DNA of 32,000 bases from an uncultured Planctomycetia bacterium (GTDB lineage: Bacteria; Omnitrophota; Gorgyraeia; Duberdicusellales; 4484-171), in assembly GCA_964536865.1 (NCBI GenBank), contig CAZHYN010000001.1, positions 30,001 to 62,000 of the forward strand, in the 5' to 3' direction. The notes beneath the pieces were generated by a model that was not told the origin of the DNA, ran no database searches, and saw only the letters and a list, made by a program, of their open reading frames with translations. The translations under genes were made by a program, and so were the position numbers. Numbering within the stretch: position 1 is the first letter of the stretch; each line of letters begins with the position of its first letter. Of the stretch, positions 1 through 6,945 are shown piece by piece.

Positions 1-22
1 TCAAATCCTCTTGCGCCCACCA
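1..22 (+). tRNA. 3' end of a tRNA gene cut by the window edge (T-loop remnant, T-stem 3' strand, acceptor 3' strand, discriminator A, encoded CCA). Identity undetermined.
   Basis: TCAAAT (T-loop, 1-6), CCTCT (T-stem, 7-11), TGCGCCC (acceptor 3' strand, 12-18), A (19), CCA (20-22). This is the canonical tRNA 3' layout. The anticodon lies outside the window. Confidence 0.6.
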
Positions 23-38
23 GATAGGTGAGAGGGGT

Positions 39-1751
39 ATGGATTTAGATACATTAAGACATTCTTGTGCGCATATTATGGCTTCGGCAGTAAAGAAACT
101 TTACCCTCATACTAAGTTAGGGATTGGTCCTGCAATTCAGGATGGTTTTTACTATGACTTTGATATTCCAGAGAAGATAAGAGAAGAAGATCTTCCCCGG
201 ATTGAGGAGGAGATGAAGAAAATTATTCAGGAGGATTACCCTTTTATAAGGGAAGAGTGGTCGAAGACAAAAGCAGAGGAGTATTTTAAAAAAGAGGGAG
301 AAGTTTATAAGTTAGAGTTGATTAAAGAAATACCTGGTTCTACAGTTTCTATTTATAGACATAATGATTTCATTGATTTATGTCGGGGCCCCCATATTAG
401 TTCAACTAAAGAGGTAAAATACTTTAAACTTCTCTCTATTTCGGGAGCCTACTGGCGGGGAGAAGAAAAAGGGCCCCAGCTTATTCGCATTTACGGAACG
501 GCATTTTTTTCTTCTCAAGAGTTAGAGAAATATCTTCAGAGGTTAAAAGAGATAAGAGAGAGAGACCATCGCCGATTAGGGAAAAACCTGGTTCTTTACG
601 ATATTTACCATGAAGAAGCTGGTGCAGGTTTAGTCTTCTACTTACCCCAAGGAGCAATTTTAAGGAGAATAATAGAGGATTGGTTGATAGCCGAACATAG
701 AAGAAGAGAATATCAGTTAGTAGTAACCCCCCATATTATGGATAAAACTCTCTGGGAAAGAAGTGGACACCTTACTCATTATAAGGATTATATGTACTCT
801 ATTATTAAAGAAAACCAAGAGTTCATTTTAAAACCTATGAATTGTCCAGGGCATATTCTCATTTACAAATCAGAATTGAGAAGCTGGCGCAATTTACCTT
901 TGAGAATATTTGAGCTAGGTACGGTTTACCGTTACGAAAAGAGTGGTGTTCTCCACGGTCTGCTAAGAGTAAGAGGATTTACTCAAGACGATGCACATAT
1001 TTTTTGTAAGGAAGAAGATTTAGAAGGAGAGATAGAGGCAGTTTTGGATTTTGTAAAGGATGCCATGGATAAGTTTGGGTTCAAAGAGTTTGAAGCAGAG
1101 TTAAGTACTCGACCAGAGGAGTTTATTGGTGAGATAAAGAAATGGAATACCGCTGAACGTATTTTGCAGAGTGTTTTAGAGAAGAAGAAGTTTTTTTACA
1201 AAATAAATGTAGGAGAGGGGGCATTTTACGGGCCTAAGATAGATATAAAGTTGAAGGATGTTTTAAAGAGAAGCTGGCAATGTGCTACTATCCAGCTTGA
1301 CTATAGCCTTCCTGAGAGATTCGAGCTAACTTACCATGCTCGAGATGGTAGAAAAAAGAGGCCTGTGATGATTCATCGAGTAATCTTAGGGAGTTTAGAG
1401 AGGTTTATTGCTACCTTAGTAGAACATTATGCAGGGAAGTTCCCTTTTTGGTTAGCTCCTACCCAGATATGTGTGATAAATATAACTAAAGAGGTGACAG
1501 AGTATGCTAAGGCAGTGAAGGAGAAACTTGCTCAGCACAGTTATCGTGTAGAGATAGATTTAACCGATCAAACTCTAGAGAGGAAGATCAGAGAAAAGGA
1601 GCTTAAAAAGATTCCTTATCTTGTAGTAGTAGGGAAAAGAGAAAAGGAGAGAAATCTAATTTCAGTAAGAGAGAGGGGGAAGAAACAATTAGGAGAGATG
1701 TCCATTGAAGAGTTTATAAGTATTTTAAAAAAAGAGGAGGTGGGCAATTAG
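39..1751 (+). CDS. thrS: Threonyl-tRNA synthetase, short form starting at the N2 editing domain with no TGS domain
   Basis: 570 aa. N-terminus RHSCAHIMASAV matches the ThrRS editing-domain HxxxH region. Class II core with RVRGFTQDDAHIF, anticodon-binding C-terminus. SD GAGAGGGG lies before ATG 39. Canonical thrS-infC-rpmI-rplT synteny. Confidence 0.93.
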   Translation: MDLDTLRHSCAHIMASAVKKLYPHTKLGIGPAIQDGFYYDFDIPEKIREEDLPRIEEEMKKIIQEDYPFIREEWSKTKAEEYFKKEGEVYKLELIKEIPGSTVSIYRHNDFIDLCRGPHISSTKEVKYFKLLSISGAYWRGEEKGPQLIRIYGTAFFSSQELEKYLQRLKEIRERDHRRLGKNLVLYDIYHEEAGAGLVFYLPQGAILRRIIEDWLIAEHRRREYQLVVTPHIMDKTLWERSGHLTHYKDYMYSIIKENQEFILKPMNCPGHILIYKSELRSWRNLPLRIFELGTVYRYEKSGVLHGLLRVRGFTQDDAHIFCKEEDLEGEIEAVLDFVKDAMDKFGFKEFEAELSTRPEEFIGEIKKWNTAERILQSVLEKKKFFYKINVGEGAFYGPKIDIKLKDVLKRSWQCATIQLDYSLPERFELTYHARDGRKKRPVMIHRVILGSLERFIATLVEHYAGKFPFWLAPTQICVINITKEVTEYAKAVKEKLAQHSYRVEIDLTDQTLERKIREKELKKIPYLVVVGKREKERNLISVRERGKKQLGEMSIEEFISILKKEEVGN

Positions 1752-2253
1752 AAAAGGTATCCGAGTTAATGAAAGAATTTTCGCTAAAACAGTCAGGCTT
1801 ATTGGGCCTAATGGAGAGCAGTTAGGTATTTTCCCTCGTGATTTAGCTTTGAGAAAAGCTGAAGAATTTGAGTTAGATTTGGTAGAAGTAGCTCCTCAAG
1901 CAGATCCTCCTGTATGTAGAATAATGGATTTTGCTAAGTATAAATATGAGCAAGAAAAGAAAGAAAGAGAAGCTAAGCGCCATCATCGTCATGCCCAGCT
2001 TAAGGAGATAAGGCTTTCCCCTCGGATAGATAACCACGATTATCAAATTAAATTGAAGCATATTCAAGAATTTTTAGAGAAAGGTCATAAGGTGAGAGTG
2101 AGAATGTTTTTTAGAGGAAGAGAGGTAGCCCATCAGGAGATAGGGAGAAAGCTAATAGATAGGCTTATTACTGATGTAGAAAAATTAGGAAAGGTAGAAA
2201 GAGAGCCACATCTTTTGGGGAGAGCATTAATTTTAGTCCTTGGGCCAAAGTAA
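1747..2253 (+). CDS. infC: Translation initiation factor IF-3, ATT start codon. The ORF-track start at 1849 is too short.
   Basis: The frame is open from 1729. Translation from ATT 1747 gives IRKGIRVNERIFAKTVRLIGPNGEQLGIFPRDLALRKAEEFELDLVEV, the conserved IF-3 N-domain. A strong SD, GAGGAGGTG (1734-1742), precedes it. The ATT overlaps the thrS stop (AATTAG). An AUU start is the classic IF-3 autoregulatory feature. Confidence 0.88.
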   Translation: MRKGIRVNERIFAKTVRLIGPNGEQLGIFPRDLALRKAEEFELDLVEVAPQADPPVCRIMDFAKYKYEQEKKEREAKRHHRHAQLKEIRLSPRIDNHDYQIKLKHIQEFLEKGHKVRVRMFFRGREVAHQEIGRKLIDRLITDVEKLGKVEREPHLLGRALILVLGPK

Positions 2254-2268
2254 CCTTGGGAGGTTAGC

Positions 2269-2469
2269 ATGCCAAAACTAAAGACAAAAAAAGCATTAGC
2301 TAAGAGAATAAGAGTTACCAAGAAGAAAAAATTTTTACGTCAGAGAGCAGGCCGCCGACATCTATTAAGTAGCAAAGAAAGAAAGAGGAAGAGAACTTTG
2401 AGGAGAAAAGATAAAGTTTCTGCGGGTGAGAGAAAGGTGATAAAGAAAGCCCTACCTTATGCTTTCTAA
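2269..2469 (+). CDS. rpmI: 50S ribosomal protein L35
   Basis: 66 aa, MPKLKTKKALAKRIRVTKKKK...GRRHLL, typical of L35. SD GGGAGG upstream. Positioned between infC and rplT. Confidence 0.93.
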   Translation: MPKLKTKKALAKRIRVTKKKKFLRQRAGRRHLLSSKERKRKRTLRRKDKVSAGERKVIKKALPYAF

Positions 2470-2484
2470 AGAAAGGAGTTTAGG

Positions 2485-2832
2485 ATGAGAGCAAGACATT
2501 CACCAGCTTCACGAAAAAGAAAAAAGAAAGTTTTAAAGTTAGCTAAAGGATATGGAGGAAAACGTTCTAAAGTATATCGACGAGCTTTAGAAACCTTAAG
2601 GAGAGCTTATGTTTACGCTTATCGCGATCGTAAAAGGAAGAAGAGAGAAATTCGTCGCCTATGGATTACAAGAATAAATGCGGGAGTCCGTGAGAAAGGA
2701 ATTACTTATCATGAGTTTATCAATAGACTTAAGAAGAAGAATATTTTTCTCTCCCGAGATATCTTAGCGCACCTTGCCTGCGAGGAGAAGGAAGTATTTG
2801 ATAAACTTATAGAGATAGCTAAGAAAAGTTAA
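2485..2832 (+). CDS. rplT: 50S ribosomal protein L20
   Basis: 115 aa with KVLKLAKGYGGKRSKVYRRA...AYRDRKRKKREIRRLWITRINA, matching the L20 consensus. SD AAGGAG upstream. Confidence 0.94.
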   Translation: MRARHSPASRKRKKKVLKLAKGYGGKRSKVYRRALETLRRAYVYAYRDRKRKKREIRRLWITRINAGVREKGITYHEFINRLKKKNIFLSRDILAHLACEEKEVFDKLIEIAKKS

Positions 2833-2833
2833 A

Positions 2834-3229
2834 ATGAAATATATTGTGATAGTTGGCTGTGGGAAAACAGGGAGGAACTTAGCTTTAGAATTCGCTACTT
2901 CTCACAATGTAGTAGTTATAGATAGAAGTAAAACTGCTTTGGATTCTTTAGGAGAAGATTTTAATGGTAAAAAGGTCTTGGGGGATGCTTTAGATATTCA
3001 AGTGTTAGAAAGTGCGGGGATAAAAGAGGCAGACGCTCTTCTGATAGTTACAGGTAACGATAATCTTAATATTGTGATTGGTAAGGTAGCTAGAAAGATG
3101 TACAGAGTGAAAAAAGTTGTTCTTCAGGTGTACGAGTTAACTAAAAAGAGAATTTTTTCTGAGGAGGGATTAATTATTGTGAATAGAACCTATCTTTTAG
3201 TAGAGGTGTTTAAAAAATGTATATTGTAA
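2834..3229 (+). CDS. Stand-alone TrkA-N (RCK N-terminal, NAD-binding Rossmann) domain protein
   Basis: 131 aa. IVIVGCGKTGRNLA is a GxGxxG motif, followed by VVVIDRS and a DALLIVTGND pattern typical of TrkA-N. No TrkA-C domain. Starts 1 nt after the rplT stop. Confidence 0.75.
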   Translation: MKYIVIVGCGKTGRNLALEFATSHNVVVIDRSKTALDSLGEDFNGKKVLGDALDIQVLESAGIKEADALLIVTGNDNLNIVIGKVARKMYRVKKVVLQVYELTKKRIFSEEGLIIVNRTYLLVEVFKKCIL

Positions 3230-3882
3230 TTGCTGGTGGGGGGCGCTTAGGTTCTCTTTTGGCCAAGAAGCTAAAAGAAGATAAACATAACGTATGCCTA
3301 ATTGATAAATCTCTAAGAGTGTGCCAGAAGCTTGCTGAGGAAATAAAGGAGGTTTTGGTTATTAACGGTGATGCTTCCGACCCAGAAGTACTAAAGCAAG
3401 CTAAAGCTGAAAAAGCAGACGTAGTAGTAGGCGCTACTCCTGCTGATGAGGATAATATCATTATTTGTCATTTAGCTAAGGAGATGTTTAAGGTAAGAAG
3501 AACGGTAGCAAGAATCAATGATCCTAAGCACTTAACATTCTACAAATACATGGGGGTAGATGCTCCTATAGATTCTACTTCTATTATTGCTCGTATCGTT
3601 GAAGAAGAGGCTTCTTTCTCTGATGTAATGAATCTTTTGAGTATAAAGAAAGGAAGGCTATCTATCGTGAGAGTAGACATTCCTCAAGAGTCTCCTATAA
3701 TAAATAAGAAGATAAGAGAAATAAAACTTCCTCCCAATTCAGTTCTTATTTCTATAATAAGAGAAACAGAAATTATAATTCCCCGAGGAGATACTGAAGT
3801 TTTAGCGGATGATGAGATAATTGCAGCAACTCTTATTGATAATGAAAAGGATCTAATAAATTCCCTTATTGGTAAGATATGA
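3217..3882 (+). CDS. trkA: K+ uptake gating subunit, TrkA/KtrA type (TrkA-N plus TrkA-C)
   Basis: 221 aa. IVIAGGGRLGSLLA (GxGxxG), ADVVVGATPADEDN. The C-terminal half (SIVRVDIP...IIPRGDTEVLADDEIIA) looks like an RCK-C domain. Overlaps the upstream gene by 13 nt. Confidence 0.85.
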   Translation: MYIVIAGGGRLGSLLAKKLKEDKHNVCLIDKSLRVCQKLAEEIKEVLVINGDASDPEVLKQAKAEKADVVVGATPADEDNIIICHLAKEMFKVRRTVARINDPKHLTFYKYMGVDAPIDSTSIIARIVEEEASFSDVMNLLSIKKGRLSIVRVDIPQESPIINKKIREIKLPPNSVLISIIRETEIIIPRGDTEVLADDEIIAATLIDNEKDLINSLIGKI

Positions 3883-3965
3883 AGATGATTTTAGGAATTC
3901 TAATGGAAATTTTCTTCTGTCTTTCAGTAATTGGGGTAGCGTTTTTACTTTCCTTTATTTTCTAA
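3879..3965 (+). CDS. Candidate 28-aa hydrophobic micropeptide (MKMILGILMEIFFCLSVIGVAFLLSFIF) between trkA and trkH
   Basis: Below the ORF-track length cutoff. Its ATG overlaps the trkA stop (ATATGA), and a second ATG sits at 3885. It has one predicted TM span. Its stop TAA (3963-3965) lies 1 nt before the trkH ATG (TAAAATG), and trkH has no SD of its own. Confidence 0.35.
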   Translation: MKMILGILMEIFFCLSVIGVAFLLSFIF

Positions 3966-3966
3966 A

Positions 3967-5451
3967 ATGATTATCTCCCCAGAGAGAAAAGATTTCTCTA
4001 CTATCTTTCATATCGTTGGTAGACTCTGTTTAGGATTAAGCATGTTTATGCTCCTTCCCCTTTTTTGTGCGTTAGCTTTTGAGGAATATGAGCCTTTCTA
4101 TGATTTTTTAATAGGATTCTTGAGTACAGCGAGTTTAGGATTTGTGTTTATGCTCATCTTCCCTTTTAAGAAAGAAATTGGATGGCAGCATTCTTTTTTC
4201 ATTGTAAGTCTGGGATGGTTAGTAGCTTCAGTGATGGGGGCTATTCCTCTCTGTCTTTCTGGACATTGGAGTAGTTTTTTAGATGCTTGGTTTGAAGCTA
4301 TGAGTGGATTCGCTACCACAGGGCTAATTCTGGTTAAAGACTTGGATCATCTTTCTTTCTCTCATAATCTTTGGCGACACCTTACCATGTTTATTGGAGG
4401 TCAGGGGATAATTTTAGCTTCCATTTCTATCTTAAGTAAAGTGAGAAATGGAAGTTTGGGTCTATATATTGGTGAAGGGAGACAAGAGAAGATATTCCCT
4501 AACATTATTGCTACGGCACGATTTATCTGGAAAGTGAGCTTTATTTACCTTACTCTTGGCGTAACACTTTTTACTCTTCTTCTTTCTTATAAGGGACTAA
4601 GGATAAGTAAAGCTATAATTCATAGCTTCTGCTTGTTTTTCGCCTCTTTTGATACGGGAGGGTTTGCTCCTCAGTCTCAGAATATAGCTTACTATCACTC
4701 CTTCTCTTTAGAAATAGCAACAATGGTATTTATGTTCCTGGGAGCAATGAATTTCAATCTTCACTTCTGGCTATGGTATAAAGAAAAAAGAGAAATTTTT
4801 AGAAATTTCGAAATACGCACTTTTATATTCAGTCTCCTTTCCCTCACTATTCTTTTGTTTTTCTCTTTAAAGCCATTAACCCGCTCGGTTATTTTTCGTA
4901 AGGGATTCTATCAGTTAGTTTCAGCTCATACTGGATGCGGGTTTACAAATCTTAGTCCAGGAGAGATTCTTTCTTTAACCCCTCTTTCTTTAGTTTTGCT
5001 CATCTTAGCTATGGGGATAGGAGGAGGAGTATGTTCCACAACAGGGGGGATAAAACTTCTCCGTTTAGGATTCGTATTTAAAGCTATGGTAGGGGAGATT
5101 AAGAGAGTGATAATGCCTCACAAGGCAGTGTATCGGGATAGTTTTCACCACCTTAGGGATACGCTTATTGAGGAAAGACATTTAAAAGAGACCTTTGTTA
5201 TGGTAGGATTTTATTTTCTTGCTTACTTGTTAGGGGGAGTGATAGGATTATTTTATGGTTACACCCCCTTAGCTAGTTTTTTTGAATCAGTTTCTGCTAC
5301 TGCTAATGTAGGGCTTTCTCTGGGAGTTACCAGCCCAGAAATGCCATTGGGGTTAAAAATTACTTATATATGTCAGATGTGGATGGGACGTTTAGAATTT
5401 ATCTCTATATTTGCCTCTTTAAGTTATATAGCTTCTTTATTTAAAAAATGA
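3967..5451 (+). CDS. trkH: K+ transporter membrane subunit, TrkH/KtrB family
   Basis: 494 aa, polytopic. Four P-loop-like glycine motifs: SGFATTGL, SFDTGGF, STTGGIKLLR, ANVGLSLG. Adjacent to trkA. Confidence 0.9.
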   Translation: MIISPERKDFSTIFHIVGRLCLGLSMFMLLPLFCALAFEEYEPFYDFLIGFLSTASLGFVFMLIFPFKKEIGWQHSFFIVSLGWLVASVMGAIPLCLSGHWSSFLDAWFEAMSGFATTGLILVKDLDHLSFSHNLWRHLTMFIGGQGIILASISILSKVRNGSLGLYIGEGRQEKIFPNIIATARFIWKVSFIYLTLGVTLFTLLLSYKGLRISKAIIHSFCLFFASFDTGGFAPQSQNIAYYHSFSLEIATMVFMFLGAMNFNLHFWLWYKEKREIFRNFEIRTFIFSLLSLTILLFFSLKPLTRSVIFRKGFYQLVSAHTGCGFTNLSPGEILSLTPLSLVLLILAMGIGGGVCSTTGGIKLLRLGFVFKAMVGEIKRVIMPHKAVYRDSFHHLRDTLIEERHLKETFVMVGFYFLAYLLGGVIGLFYGYTPLASFFESVSATANVGLSLGVTSPEMPLGLKITYICQMWMGRLEFISIFASLSYIASLFKK

Positions 5452-5930
5452 GAGGAGCGATTCTTTTTCTTTTTATTTTTGGTATGTTTCCTTTAGTAAC
5501 CTATCCTCAAAGCTTAAAGGAAATTTTGAAGAATCCTCAGTATTTTGATAATCGTAAGATAGTTTTTCAAGGAGAAGTGATAGGTGAACCTTTAAAAGAA
5601 GAGGGAGGGGTATGGATTAATATAAAGCAGGGAAGAGTAGGTATAGGAGTATTTTTAGAAAACCCAGAGGAGGTTACCAAGATTAAAAATTTCGGCTCCT
5701 ACAAGAGAAGAGGAGATTGGGTTCAGATAGAGGGGGTATTTTTTAACAATTGCCCAGTTCATTTAGAGAGAGATATCCATGCTTACAAACTCAAAGTAAT
5801 AAAACCAGGTTTTATTTTAAGGGAGGAGATACCTCTTTTTAAAAGGAAACTCTCATTGGGTCTAGCTTTACTTTGTTTGACATTAGGGATAATTTGTTTT
5901 ATAACTTTAAAATATGTTAGAAGAGATTAA
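5448..5930 (+). CDS. Hypothetical protein with N-terminal signal/anchor and C-terminal TM helix; possible OB-fold-like exported domain
   Basis: 160 aa. N-terminus MRGAILFLFIFGMFPLVTYP is hydrophobic; C-terminus LSLGLALLCLTLGIICFITL is a TM helix. ATGA overlap with trkH and 17-nt overlap with pheS. I recognise no catalytic motif. Confidence 0.5.
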   Translation: MRGAILFLFIFGMFPLVTYPQSLKEILKNPQYFDNRKIVFQGEVIGEPLKEEGGVWINIKQGRVGIGVFLENPEEVTKIKNFGSYKRRGDWVQIEGVFFNNCPVHLERDIHAYKLKVIKPGFILREEIPLFKRKLSLGLALLCLTLGIICFITLKYVRRD

Positions 5931-6945
5931 GAAAATAGAAGATAGTTTCTTGCAAGAAATTGAAAAAGTAAAAAATTTAGAAGACCTAGAAGTTCTCCGC
6001 ATAAGATATCTAGGTAGAAAATCTTTTATCAACCAAGCCTTTTCTCGTATTCCCAAATTGGAGAGAAACCAAAGGGCAGAATTGGGTAGAGCTTTAAATA
6101 CTGTTAAGAAAAAGATTGCTTTCCTCTTAGATGAGAAAAGAAAAACTCTTTCTGTGCAAGAGAAAAAAATAGATCTCACTGTTCCTTCTTTCTCTATAGA
6201 TAGAGGAATAAAACACATCCTTACACGAGTAAATGATGAGATTTGTAGCATTTTTGAGAAGTTGGGATTCATTATTATAGAGGGTAAAGAGATTGAAGAT
6301 GAATGGCATAATTTTGAAGCCTTAAATATTCCCTTAGAGCACCCTTCAAGAGATGTGTTTGATACTTTTTACCTAGATTTATCATCTCCTTCTAAGGAGA
6401 AACGTAGACTTCTTTTAAGAAGCCATACCTCTCCTTCCCAAATAAGAGTAATGGAAAAAATGCGTCCTCCCTTAGCGGTTATCTCTCCAGGAAGAGTTTA
6501 CAGGCCCGACAAAGTTGATGCTTCTCATTCTTTTATGTTCCATCAAGTCGAGGGTTTCTGTGTAGATAGGAATATAAATTTTTCTCACCTCAAAGGAGTC
6601 CTTTTCTACTTCGCCAGAAGTTTTTTCTCTCCTCAAGTGAAACTGAGATTTCGCCCCCACTATTTTCCTTTTACTGAGCCTTCAGCAGAAGTAGATTTGG
6701 GTTGTATCCTCTGTGAGGGGAAAGGATGTAGTGTGTGTTCCTATAAAGGATGGGTGGAAATCTTAGGGTGTGGGATGATTCATCCTAAGGTATTGAAGGC
6801 TTGTAAGATAAACCCAAAAGAATACCAGGGATTTGCTTTTGGTATGGGGGTAGAAAGAATAGCCATGCTTAAGTATAGGATAAATGATATCCGGCTATTC
6901 TTCGAAAATGATTTAAGGTTTTTGGAGCAGTTTTATGAAGTTTAG
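5914..6945 (+). CDS. pheS: Phenylalanyl-tRNA synthetase alpha subunit
   Basis: 343 aa. Class II motifs: RSHTSPSQIR, FRPHYFPFTEPSAEVD, GFAFGMGVERIAMLKY. Confidence 0.95.
   Translation: MLEEIKKIEDSFLQEIEKVKNLEDLEVLRIRYLGRKSFINQAFSRIPKLERNQRAELGRALNTVKKKIAFLLDEKRKTLSVQEKKIDLTVPSFSIDRGIKHILTRVNDEICSIFEKLGFIIIEGKEIEDEWHNFEALNIPLEHPSRDVFDTFYLDLSSPSKEKRRLLLRSHTSPSQIRVMEKMRPPLAVISPGRVYRPDKVDASHSFMFHQVEGFCVDRNINFSHLKGVLFYFARSFFSPQVKLRFRPHYFPFTEPSAEVDLGCILCEGKGCSVCSYKGWVEILGCGMIHPKVLKACKINPKEYQGFAFGMGVERIAMLKYRINDIRLFFENDLRFLEQFYEV

Noticed and set aside
1849-2253. ORF-track start of infC at TTG 1849
   Set aside because: The upstream in-frame sequence encodes the conserved IF-3 N-domain and has a strong SD before ATT 1747. 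The 1849 start has no SD and would delete conserved residues.
5907-6272. Minus-strand ORFs of 60-123 aa: 5907-6272, 13367-13738, 13248-13493, 21408-21776, 31368-31715, 29222-29524, 3210-3461 and the other minus-strand entries in the track
   Set aside because: All lie antisense within well-supported + strand genes. They lack SD sequences, and their Ser/Leu/Phe-rich low-complexity composition is typical of shadow frames opposite Lys/Glu-rich genes. I recognise no domain signatures.
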